Positions 1 through 9,098 of a DNA stretch of 64,000 nucleotides are shown here, piece after piece. The translations under genes were made by a program, and so were the position numbers. The first letter of the stretch is position 1, and every line of letters begins with the position of its first letter. Source of the stretch: an uncultured bacterium (GTDB taxonomy: Bacteria; Zixibacteria; MSB-5A5; UBA10806; 4484-95). The notes below the pieces were generated by a model. The model ran no database searches. It was not told the origin of the DNA and saw nothing but the letters and a program-made list of their open reading frames with translations. The stretch covers positions 37,515 through 101,514 of the forward strand of contig CBFDEC010000003.1 of NCBI GenBank assembly GCA_965603725.1, in the 5' to 3' direction.

Positions 1-855
1 TTGATATCACGCGGCGAGTTGGTGCAGATAGGCGGCGGCTTCAAGATACCGGAAATAATTTCGGCTTCCGGAGCTGTGTTGAAAGAGGTCGGGACTACCA
101 ACTGTACAGTACTGGCTGATTATACCCGGGGCGTGAGTAAAAACATCGGTCTCATATTGAAAGTTCATAAATCTAATTTCGATATTCGGGGATTTACCGA
201 GGAAATTACACCATCAGACCTGGCCATACTCGCCCATAAGAAACGGGTACCGATGCTGTATGATCTGGGTTCGGGCATGGTCGACAATTTCGACCTTTCC
301 GAATTCCGGGCTGAGCCCGATATTATCTCAGCAGTGAAATCAAAAGCTGATATGGTCTGCTTCTCGGGTGATAAGCTTCTCGGCGGTCCGCAAGCCGGGA
401 TTATAGTCGGACGGAAAAAACATATTTCTGCATTAAGACGACATCCATTGTATCGTCCTTTAAGACCGGACAAGTTCACTCTCAGCGCTATTGAGCAAAC
501 ATTACTGGCACATCTGGCACATCCTGAAAAAGTAAAACTGGCCGGGATTTTCAAGCAGGGCATTGATAAATTGAAAAAACGGGCGGAAAAAATCTGTCAT
601 GAAATCAATCTCGATTACGTAGCACCTGTATCGATGAAAAGCACAGCTGGCGGCGGTTCCACACCTAATATTAGCTACAATAGTTTTGGTATAGCCATAA
701 AACAAAATATAGAAGGTCTTGATATCCGGCTAAGGCAGTATAACCCGCCCATAATCGTTCGCAGAACCAGGGATAAAGTGATCCTTGATTTAAGCGCTGT
801 ACTACCCGCTCAGGATGTAATTATAACAAAGGCTTTGCAGGAATGTTTGTTGTAG
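1..855 (+). CDS. selA: L-seryl-tRNA(Sec) selenium transferase, C-terminal part (the 5' end lies outside the window)
   Basis: The frame is open from base 1. The translation contains GGGFKIPE and [19 protein letters not shown] (the PLP-lysine region), both typical of SelA. The 3' end overlaps the selB start by 13 nt. Confidence 0.85.
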   Translation: MISRGELVQIGGGFKIPEIISASGAVLKEVGTTNCTVLADYTRGVSKNIGLILKVHKSNFDIRGFTEEITPSDLAILAHKKRVPMLYDLGSGMVDNFDLSEFRAEPDIISAVKSKADMVCFSGDKLLGGPQAGIIVGRKKHISALRRHPLYRPLRPDKFTLSAIEQTLLAHLAHPEKVKLAGIFKQGIDKLKKRAEKICHEINLDYVAPVSMKSTAGGGSTPNISYNSFGIAIKQNIEGLDIRLRQYNPPIIVRRTRDKVILDLSAVLPAQDVIITKALQECLL

Positions 856-2708
856 GTACTGCCGGCCATATCGACCATGGCAAATCTTCGCTGGTTAAGG
901 CGCTTTCCGGTATCGACCCGGACCGTCTTCCCGAGGAAAAGCTTCGCGGATTGACCATTGATCTGGGATTTGCCTGGTTCAATCTTCCTTCAGGCGAACC
1001 GGTGGGGGTTGTTGATGTTCCCGGTCATGAAAGATTTATCAAGAATATGGTCGCTGGGGTTGGCGGTATTGATGCTGTGATACTGGTTATTGCCGCCGAT
1101 GATGGCTGGATGCCGCAGACTGCTGAACACCTTGATATTCTCTCTTTGCTTGATATAAAAACCGGTATTGTAGTTCTAACAAAAACTGATCTGGTCGATT
1201 CCGATTATTTACAGCTTCAAAAGGAAGATATATCTGAATGGCTGAAAGGCACTTTTCTTGAAAATGCTCCGATAATTTCATTTTCAGCCAAAGACAATTC
1301 CGGCAAAGGAGAGCTTTTAAGCTCGCTTCAGGAAATATTAAGCCTTGGTGAAAGGAGGGCGTCTTTTGGGTCTCCCCGGTTATATATAGACAGAAGCTTT
1401 GTAATCAAGGGCATGGGTACCGTGGTAACCGGCACGCTGATAGAGGGTGAAATCAAGATTGGTCAGGAACTTGAAATATGTCCAATAAAGCAGAAAATAA
1501 GAGTCCGGGGTCTGCAGACTCATAAAAAATCAATCGAGACTGCGGTTTCCGGCAGCAGAGTGGCTGTCAATTTAACTGGCGCTGGTAAGGATGACGCTCA
1601 TCGCGGAACAGCATTAGTCCTGCCCGGTCATTTTGAGCCGTCCGATGTGCTGGGTGTAAAAATAAGAATGCTGCCAAATGTAAAACACCCTTTAAAAAAC
1701 AGCTCCGAGGCGCTGGTGTTGCTTGGAACTGCTGTTGTTCATGCCAGACTTAAGCTATTCAAAAGAAAAATGCTGACTATGAATGATGAAGACTTTGCGG
1801 TTTTGCATCTTGATAAAAAGGTCTGCTGTCGTATAGGTGACAGGTTTATTATTAGGCGTTTAAGCCCGGCGATAACAGTCGCCGGCGGAATTGTGCTTGA
1901 CTGGGATTTCGGATCGATAAAGAAAGGTAAAACCAAACAGCTCGAAATCCTGAAAATAAGGCATAGGCTGAGTCTTGAGTCGGTTGTCAAATCAGAGCTT
2001 TTAAAAGATAAAAACCTGAACCGGGCAAGAATAAAAGTCAACAGTTGCTTTTCATCGGGGCAAATTGACGATTACCTTTCCAAAGCTAAAGATATAGTAA
2101 AAGCCGGCGGGGCGCTGGTTTATAAAGACCATCTCGATAAGTATCTCAAACCGGCAAAAAAAATACTTGAGGATGATCACCAATTGCGGCCATGGGCTAA
2201 CGGTTTGCTCGTTGGCGAGCTGTCGAAAAAACTGAAATTGCGAGCTTCAGAGGTGGAGGAAGTTGTCTCGTATCTTTTATCCTCCGGTTTAATCGTTCAG
2301 GATTCCGGATTTTTAAGGCTCAAGGACCATATTCCACATCTGAAACCTGAACAGAAAGTGTTAGCGGCGAAACTTATTACGATACTATCGGCAAGCCCGC
2401 TGGCCTCTCCGCTTAAAAACAAGATTATCGCTGATGATCCAGCCTATGAAGTGGTGATAGACTTCCTTGTGGATAAGGGTGATATTATAGAGTTGAAAAA
2501 CGGTGTGTTGATGACTCAAAGGGATTTTCAATCGATAATTAACGAAGTGATTGCTTTTATAAAATCAGAAACCAGAGTCACTGCCTCGCAAGTAAAAGAC
2601 CATTTGAAAACATCGCGTAAATATGCAATTCCACTTCTGGAAAAACTTGACGCAATGGATATTACCATAAGGGATGGAGATTATAGAACGTTGGGGAATG
2701 ATTTATGA
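843..2708 (+). CDS. selB: selenocysteine-specific translation elongation factor SelB
   Basis: The N-terminal GTPase carries [13 protein letters not shown] (G1), DVPGHERF (G3) and TKTD (G4). A long C-terminal extension fits the SECIS-binding winged-helix region. The gene is adjacent to selA. Confidence 0.9.
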   Translation: MFVVGTAGHIDHGKSSLVKALSGIDPDRLPEEKLRGLTIDLGFAWFNLPSGEPVGVVDVPGHERFIKNMVAGVGGIDAVILVIAADDGWMPQTAEHLDILSLLDIKTGIVVLTKTDLVDSDYLQLQKEDISEWLKGTFLENAPIISFSAKDNSGKGELLSSLQEILSLGERRASFGSPRLYIDRSFVIKGMGTVVTGTLIEGEIKIGQELEICPIKQKIRVRGLQTHKKSIETAVSGSRVAVNLTGAGKDDAHRGTALVLPGHFEPSDVLGVKIRMLPNVKHPLKNSSEALVLLGTAVVHARLKLFKRKMLTMNDEDFAVLHLDKKVCCRIGDRFIIRRLSPAITVAGGIVLDWDFGSIKKGKTKQLEILKIRHRLSLESVVKSELLKDKNLNRARIKVNSCFSSGQIDDYLSKAKDIVKAGGALVYKDHLDKYLKPAKKILEDDHQLRPWANGLLVGELSKKLKLRASEVEEVVSYLLSSGLIVQDSGFLRLKDHIPHLKPEQKVLAAKLITILSASPLASPLKNKIIADDPAYEVVIDFLVDKGDIIELKNGVLMTQRDFQSIINEVIAFIKSETRVTASQVKDHLKTSRKYAIPLLEKLDAMDITIRDGDYRTLGNDL

Positions 2709-4291
2709 AAACCTTATTTACAAACGCAGTTATATATTCGCCTGAAAAGCTTAAAGCCGATTGTCTGGCGGTTTGCGATGGCCGGATTTTTGACATTGGC
2801 GCCAGAGCAAAACTAATCAATTTGAAAAGGCACGGGTTTAAAGTCGTAAATTTAAAGAAAAAAACAGTCCTGCCCGGTTTTGTTGATTCTCATCTTCATC
2901 TGTTGACAACCGGCTATAACCTGTTAAGCGTCGATTTGAGCGGCCTTGATTCACTGGATAAAATTACCGCAAAAATTGCCAGAGCCATAAAGAAATTATC
3001 ACCAGGACAATGGCTGATTGGCAGGGGCTGGAATAAGAATCTCTGGGGTGGAGAATTTCCGGATAAATCAATTCTCGATAAAGTTTGCCCTGATAATCCG
3101 GCCATGTTTTATGCCCGGGACGGTCATGCTGTCTGGGTGAATTCTGCCGCCTTGCATGTATGTAAAATCGACAGCAGTACTTCTGATTCTGATGGCGGCG
3201 CTATTAGGCGTCATCCCGATGGTAATCCAACCGGCATCCTACTTGAAAATGCTGTAGATTTGGTGTCGGGAAAAATTCCTCATCCTACAAAAGAATTTAA
3301 AATGAAAGCCCTTAAGAAAGCAATAAAGAAACTTAACAGTCTTGGTATTACCGGCGTTGGTGATTGCGATAATTACGCAAACCGGCTGAACCTGTTTCAG
3401 TCTGCTTTGGAGAAAGGTTTTTTGAATTTAAGAATTTTCATGATGCTTTCGCCCGATGATATTGATTCGGCGGCAGGTTCGGGATTAAAAACCGGCTATG
3501 GGAATGATTTTATCACTATTGGAGCGTTAAAGCTTTACCAGGATGGCGCCCTGGGCTCCCAAACCGCCTGGATGCATTCGCCCTATGAAAATCAGCCCGA
3601 TAACTTTGGCATACTTACTATGACTGGCGATGAACTCGAAATGTATTTTGAAAAGACGCATCTTAACGGCATTTCACTGGCTGTTCATGCCATCGGCGAT
3701 AGAGCAAACTCCGAACTTTTGCAATTTTTCGGTAAAAAAAGCGCTGTTTCAAAAAAACTCGGTCTGCATCATCGTATAGAACACGCCCAGCATCTGCGAA
3801 AAAACGATATATGGAAGTTTAAGAAGTATAATATTGCCGCTTCAGTCCAGCCGGTTCATTTAATCGCCGACAGGGATATTACTGAGAAACACCTTGGCAA
3901 AAGATCAAAATATGCCTTTATATTTAATGCGCTTCTCAAAAGTGGAGCGAAGCTCGGGTTCGGTTCTGATTGCCCGATTGAAAATCCGAATCCGTTTATG
4001 GGAATCTATGCGGCCATAGCCAGGAAAGCCTCTGATGACGACCGACCGGCCTGGTTTGCAGATCAATCAATAACGCTAAAGCAGGGCGTTAGGGCATATA
4101 CTATCGGTTCTGCGGATATATGCGGCTGGCATGGCAAAGCAGGAGTATTGTCGCCGGGCGCGTGGGCTGATTTGGTAGTTCTTTCTGATGATATTTTCAA
4201 AGTCAAGCTGGAGCAGGTTCCGAGGTTAAAAGTCTTAGCAACAGTGTTTAATGGCAAGGTTGTATATACGGACAGGAATTTCAAGCTATGA
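2705..4291 (+). CDS. metal-dependent amidohydrolase (YtcJ-like, amidohydrolase_3 type)
   Basis: It has the PGFVDSHLHL HxH metal motif near the N-terminus, HAIGD in the middle and GSDCP near the C-terminus. An ATGA overlap joins it to the selB stop. Confidence 0.75.
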   Translation: MKTLFTNAVIYSPEKLKADCLAVCDGRIFDIGARAKLINLKRHGFKVVNLKKKTVLPGFVDSHLHLLTTGYNLLSVDLSGLDSLDKITAKIARAIKKLSPGQWLIGRGWNKNLWGGEFPDKSILDKVCPDNPAMFYARDGHAVWVNSAALHVCKIDSSTSDSDGGAIRRHPDGNPTGILLENAVDLVSGKIPHPTKEFKMKALKKAIKKLNSLGITGVGDCDNYANRLNLFQSALEKGFLNLRIFMMLSPDDIDSAAGSGLKTGYGNDFITIGALKLYQDGALGSQTAWMHSPYENQPDNFGILTMTGDELEMYFEKTHLNGISLAVHAIGDRANSELLQFFGKKSAVSKKLGLHHRIEHAQHLRKNDIWKFKKYNIAASVQPVHLIADRDITEKHLGKRSKYAFIFNALLKSGAKLGFGSDCPIENPNPFMGIYAAIARKASDDDRPAWFADQSITLKQGVRAYTIGSADICGWHGKAGVLSPGAWADLVVLSDDIFKVKLEQVPRLKVLATVFNGKVVYTDRNFKL

Positions 4292-4857
4292 ATATTATCG
4301 ACCTGATAAAGAATTATCAAAATGTTACCAGTTTTTCAAACAGAGCTGTGGATAAAGAGAAGATTGACAGGATAGTCAAAGCGGTGCATTTTTCTCCAGT
4401 CGGCGCTGATAAGACACCGCTAAAAACTATCGTGATATCAAAAAGTGAAATAAAGCATAAGCTCAGACAAACAGCCGAACAAATCGAAAGAGCTTATCAG
4501 CTGGGCATGGATGACGGAAAAAATTCAAGCGCTTCTAACTGGCAGAAATCTTTTTTAGAGGAAGCGCCATATCTTGTGATTATATGCAGTTTATCAGGAC
4601 AGCCATATCAGGCCGCCACCACCTGGCTTTCTCTGGGAAATTTGATGATGGCCGCCGCTGACGAGGGGCTGGGTTCGTTGTGCTATGCTCCGTCAATGCC
4701 GACCTTTTTGCGTAAAGTGTTGGATATTCCACCCAAATACATGCCGATCGCCATTGTGCCTATCGGCTATTCTGCCGACGAGCTGTTTCCTTGGTACAAT
4801 CCGGCGGAGGAAAAGATGTTTCGTGGCCTTTTCTCGGGGCGTTTTAGCTGGCATTGA
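4288..4857 (+). CDS. nitroreductase-family flavoprotein (divergent)
   Basis: The 189-aa length and layout fit the nitroreductase fold (N-terminal helix, then APYLVIIC, LGNLMMAAADEGLGS and PIAIVPIGY). An ATGA overlap joins it to the amidohydrolase stop. Confidence 0.55.
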   Translation: MNIIDLIKNYQNVTSFSNRAVDKEKIDRIVKAVHFSPVGADKTPLKTIVISKSEIKHKLRQTAEQIERAYQLGMDDGKNSSASNWQKSFLEEAPYLVIICSLSGQPYQAATTWLSLGNLMMAAADEGLGSLCYAPSMPTFLRKVLDIPPKYMPIAIVPIGYSADELFPWYNPAEEKMFRGLFSGRFSWH

Positions 4858-4952
4858 TAGACAAATAGCATTATATTGAATTTATGAAATATGGTCTTAA
4901 CAGTGTATTTATTGAATATCAATATAAATTAATATATTAATGAAAGGTCGCT

Positions 4953-6245
4953 ATGTCTGGTTTGACTGACTATCGGGATAAGAAAAAGCTAGAAAAATCT
5001 TTAAAGGATTATCGAAATTTATGGCAGACTGATGGGGAATCTATACCAAATAATAAACAAATAGTACTATTTGAAAATGTTCAGTTTATATATGAATTAG
5101 CTCTTGCACAACTTGAATTAAAGTTATTTAGGGCTGACTTTGAAATTACCAATGGATTAAGAGAATTTATTTTATTAAAAGAAACGGATTTGAAACGGTT
5201 GATAAAGAGATTGGCATATTTTCAATTAGTGGAAGGGAAGTATACAGATTATTTTCATATAATCAGAAAAAACAGAACGCGGTCGGTGAATCAATATTTA
5301 ACTCATTGGATATATCCATATAAGGGAAAATTTCATCCGCAAATGATAAGAGCGCTATTGAATATTATTGGTATTAATAAAGGAGATACTATTCTCGATC
5401 CGTTCATTGGAAGCGGAACAACTGCTCTTGAGGCGCAATTGTTGGGGATAAATTGTACAGGTATAGATATTTCGCCATTATGTGTTCTTCAAAGCAAAGT
5501 AAAGACAGAAAGCATAGATGTTCTTTCGATCATCTTTGAATGGAAAGAAGAAATTCTTAAATGTTTAGATAATAATCTGTTCAATATTGAAAATAATACT
5601 TTAGATAATGTAATAGAAAATATATCAAATACAAAAGCCAGAAATTTCTATAAAATGACAAAGCTTGTCGCCATAAGTGATCAGGTAAGAAGAAAAAGGA
5701 ATTTTTCTAACGCTTTTAAGAAAAATTTAGAAGTAATGATAGCATCAGTAAGTGATTACTTAGATATATCTAATGAGCTGAAATTAAGTTTAGGTGAGGT
5801 AAATATCAAAATTGGTGATTCGCGGTCATTGTCTTTAGATGATGAAAGCATTGACGGTATTGTAACATCTCCTCCATATTCTATTGCATTGGATTACGTT
5901 TCCAATGATGCTCATGCTTTTAATAATTTAGGATTCGATTTACAGGAAATAAGAGAAGAATTCATTGGCGTAAGGGGCAGAGGCCAGAAGAAAATAGATC
6001 TTTATAATGAAGATATAAAAAAGAGTTTAAAAGAAATGCATCGTGTTGTAAAAACGGGAAAATATGTTGTTATAGTTGTAGGAAATGCGACTTACCAAGG
6101 CAAAGAAATAAAAACCACAGAGTTTATTATAGAATATGCGGGAAAAATAGGATTTCGACTAATAAAAAATATGAATAAGATAATTTTTGGCCTATATAAT
6201 GTAATGCAAAAAGAAAATATACTTATATTTAAAAAAGAAGGTTGA
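4953..6245 (+). CDS. DNA methyltransferase with an SPPY catalytic motif (N4-cytosine or N6-adenine class) and permuted motif order
   Basis: The SAM-binding motif I (ILDPFIGSGTTALEAQ) lies near residue 150 and catalytic motif IV (IVTSPPYSIALDY) near residue 305. About 150 low-complexity residues separate them. The gene lies in a visibly AT-rich island. Confidence 0.75.
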   Translation: MSGLTDYRDKKKLEKSLKDYRNLWQTDGESIPNNKQIVLFENVQFIYELALAQLELKLFRADFEITNGLREFILLKETDLKRLIKRLAYFQLVEGKYTDYFHIIRKNRTRSVNQYLTHWIYPYKGKFHPQMIRALLNIIGINKGDTILDPFIGSGTTALEAQLLGINCTGIDISPLCVLQSKVKTESIDVLSIIFEWKEEILKCLDNNLFNIENNTLDNVIENISNTKARNFYKMTKLVAISDQVRRKRNFSNAFKKNLEVMIASVSDYLDISNELKLSLGEVNIKIGDSRSLSLDDESIDGIVTSPPYSIALDYVSNDAHAFNNLGFDLQEIREEFIGVRGRGQKKIDLYNEDIKKSLKEMHRVVKTGKYVVIVVGNATYQGKEIKTTEFIIEYAGKIGFRLIKNMNKIIFGLYNVMQKENILIFKKEG

Positions 6246-6267
6246 GCATTCGAGGAGGTTACATATT

Positions 6268-6657
6268 TTGAGCCATGAACCAAATGGAACTCTATTCTGG
6301 AATATTGAAGATATTGCAAAGGCGTTGAAAATTAGCATAGAAGATGTCCGAGAATATTTTACTGATGGTCGAAGGGTATCATTTATTATAGAAAGGCGAA
6401 TAGCCTATGAGATTTTAAAAGGTAAACTTGCTGCCAGCGAAGGTGCTGGATTTGATATTTTAGATTCACATGGCATTAAACGGGAAGTTCGCAGCATATC
6501 GAAGCGGAGTGTATATTTTTGCCCAAGTTTTATGGTAGGATCAGGTCGCAAATTTAATGAGCAAGGATTTATTGATAAACTATCTGAAATAGGCGGCTAC
6601 ATCATTGCAGACATAGAATCATTTCCTAATATACCTTTTTGGATTATTACATCTTAA
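6268..6657 (+). CDS. small hypothetical protein with an N-terminal HTH-like segment and a possible nuclease-like core; candidate partner of the methyltransferase
   Basis: It starts 23 nt after the methyltransferase stop. NIEDIAKALKISIEDVREYF looks like an HTH. FDILDSHGIKREVRSISK loosely resembles a PD-(D/E)xK core. The frame stays open for 32 more codons after the TAA stop (see findings). Confidence 0.35.
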   Translation: MSHEPNGTLFWNIEDIAKALKISIEDVREYFTDGRRVSFIIERRIAYEILKGKLAASEGAGFDILDSHGIKREVRSISKRSVYFCPSFMVGSGRKFNEQGFIDKLSEIGGYIIADIESFPNIPFWIITS

Positions 6658-6923
6658 CAGGTTATATTATGGTGGCGGGATGGTGATTTAGGAAAAACAA
6701 CAAAAATATCACGCAATAAAGCTTTGAATATTCTTAGAGAATTAAAGAAGAAGTAATATTCTATTTTAAACGGAATACTATATAAATATAAGCATTAGTG
6801 GATACGACCGGTACAAATATAAATCTATTTTCCCTCTATGAAATTTTTTTAACCAGTTATGATAAACTCATGAAATTGATGATCTTTAAATAGAAATGCA
6901 TTTCTTTCTGAAAACTATCATCA

Positions 6924-6952
6924 TTGACATTAATCTAAAATTTCAGTAATAT
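6924..6952 (+). promoter_or_regulatory. sigma-70-type promoter candidate for rnr (TTGACA-17-TAATAT)
   Basis: TTGACA lies at 6924-6929, followed by a 17-nt spacer and TAATAT at 6947-6952. The rnr ATG at 6963 follows within about 10 nt, and no Shine-Dalgarno sequence is visible. Confidence 0.4.
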
Positions 6953-6962
6953 CTATTTTAAA

Positions 6963-9098
6963 ATGTTTAAGCTTACCCTGAAAGAGATAAAAAAAGCATT
7001 AAACGGCTGTTCCAGCCCTCCCAAGATCAGGGATTTTGCCCGGATGATGAAAATTGATAAGACTGACTACCGGGCTTTCAGACGGTTAATTAAACAGGCG
7101 ATAAGTGATGGCGAAATAGAGCGACTGCGCGGAGGACGGCTTGTTATTCCAAGCTTTGTCGGGAAAAGCAAAGGACGACTGCTGCTTGCCAGAAGCGGTT
7201 TTGGTTTTATGATTCCGGATGACCGGTCAGAGGAGATATTTATACCCGAACATGAGCTTGGTGGAGCCATGCATGGCGAAACGGTGATTGTTGAACTCAA
7301 GAAATTTCGGCTGGGGAAAAACCGCGAGGGCAGAGTTATCAAGGCGCTCCATCGGGAGGGTTCCCAGATGGTGGGCAAGCTTGAAAAGGATCGATATGGC
7401 TGGCGATTAAATCCGGATGACCCGCGAATTGATACCAAAATCGAGTTGAGTCCGCCGGATGGTTTTGCGGTCAAGCCCGGCTATCTGGCAGTAATCCGGC
7501 TCGATGAATGGCGGGCTGATTATCTGCCGCCTCAGGGGCGAATTGTAGAGGTCTTGGGTCCTGCCGGGGCTCCCGGAGTTGATATAAATGCCCTGGTAAA
7601 ATCCTCCGGAGTTCCAGTTGAGTTCTCTTCTCAAACTTTAACAGAGACGCGAAAAATCAGGAAAACGATTCATCAATCTGAAATCAGAAGAAGAGTTGAT
7701 TTGCGAGGTCTGACAGTTTTCACTATTGACCCGGCCGACGCCAAAGATCATGACGATGCTGTCAGTTATGAGGAGACGGACGAGGGTTTAATCAGGCTGG
7801 GAGTGCATATCGCTGATGTATCTCATTATGTGAAAGCTGATGCCGGGCTCGACAGAGATGCCCTTTTGCGCGGCAATTCAATCTATTTAGTCGACAGAGT
7901 TATCCCGATGCTTCCCGAAAAACTATCAGCCGATCTCTGCAGCCTTCATGAGGGAGTCGACCGGTTAGCTTTAAGTGTATTGATTTATTTTGATGCATTG
8001 GGCAACGCTGTCCGTCATGAGATCGTTGAAAGTATAATCAACAGTTCAGCTTCTTTAAACTATATCGAAGTCCAGAAATGCCTCGATGGCAAACCATCGC
8101 CAAAGCTGGAACGGTTTGCTGAAGTGTTGTTGAAATTGAATAAACTGGCTAAGAAATTGCGGGCTAAAAGGCAAAAAGCCGGCAGTCTCGATTTTGACCT
8201 TCCCGAGCCGAAAGTTGTTCTCGATGAGAAAGGGAACGTTGTTGATATATTTCGCTATCCCCGATATGACAGTCATCGGCTGGTTGAGGAGTTTATGCTG
8301 GTTGCGAACTGCAGAATAGCCAAAACAATGGAAGCGATAGCCTCGCCGGTATTGTACCGGGTGCATGACAAGCCGGACAAACTGAAAGTCAATGTCTTCG
8401 CAGAGCTGCTCAAGGAGATGGGTTATGATTTCAGTTTCAAAGGTGAAATTACACCCAAAAAATTCCAGCGGGTTTTAAAATTGGTTGAGGGCAAGGATGA
8501 TGAAAGATTTATCAACCAGCTGCTTTTAAGGTCTATGGCTAAAGCCATTTATCAGCCGGGGAATATCGGGCATTTCGGCCTGGCGTTCGATAGTTATGCC
8601 CATTTTACATCACCTATCAGAAGATACCCGGACCTGCACCTGCACAGGGTGGTAAAACTTTACCTTAATAAAAAATTGAATGCGGCAACTGCCGGGAAGA
8701 TTAGAGACGTTCTGAAAAATATAGGCAAGCATTGCTCTCAAACCGAGCTTCAGGCAGATGCGCTTGAACGTGAATCGGTTAAAATAAAAATGGTTGAATA
8801 TTTCTCTACCCAGATAGGGGCTGAATTTTCAGGCGCCGTATCGGGGGTGGTGCGTTCCGGTTTATTTATCGAGATTGATGACTTGATGGTCGATGGGTTT
8901 TTGCCCTACTCGGCGTTTGATAATGAGTACTATATCTTTGACGAGAAGAAACATCAGGCAATCGGTAAACGCACCAAGAAACGATACCGTCTTGGCGACC
9001 GGGTCGAGGTGATCGTTGCCAGGGTGGATAAAGAAAAAAGAGAAATAGAATTCATACCCAAAGAAAAACTTAAACGCCGCAAGAAAAAAAGAAGATGA
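6963..9098 (+). CDS. rnr: ribonuclease R (3'-5' exoribonuclease)
   Basis: RNB catalytic motifs DPADAKDHDDAV and HFGLA...YAHFTSPIRRYPD are present, with a C-terminal S1 domain and a lysine-rich tail. Confidence 0.9.
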   Translation: MFKLTLKEIKKALNGCSSPPKIRDFARMMKIDKTDYRAFRRLIKQAISDGEIERLRGGRLVIPSFVGKSKGRLLLARSGFGFMIPDDRSEEIFIPEHELGGAMHGETVIVELKKFRLGKNREGRVIKALHREGSQMVGKLEKDRYGWRLNPDDPRIDTKIELSPPDGFAVKPGYLAVIRLDEWRADYLPPQGRIVEVLGPAGAPGVDINALVKSSGVPVEFSSQTLTETRKIRKTIHQSEIRRRVDLRGLTVFTIDPADAKDHDDAVSYEETDEGLIRLGVHIADVSHYVKADAGLDRDALLRGNSIYLVDRVIPMLPEKLSADLCSLHEGVDRLALSVLIYFDALGNAVRHEIVESIINSSASLNYIEVQKCLDGKPSPKLERFAEVLLKLNKLAKKLRAKRQKAGSLDFDLPEPKVVLDEKGNVVDIFRYPRYDSHRLVEEFMLVANCRIAKTMEAIASPVLYRVHDKPDKLKVNVFAELLKEMGYDFSFKGEITPKKFQRVLKLVEGKDDERFINQLLLRSMAKAIYQPGNIGHFGLAFDSYAHFTSPIRRYPDLHLHRVVKLYLNKKLNAATAGKIRDVLKNIGKHCSQTELQADALERESVKIKMVEYFSTQIGAEFSGAVSGVVRSGLFIEIDDLMVDGFLPYSAFDNEYYIFDEKKHQAIGKRTKKRYRLGDRVEVIVARVDKEKREIEFIPKEKLKRRKKKRR

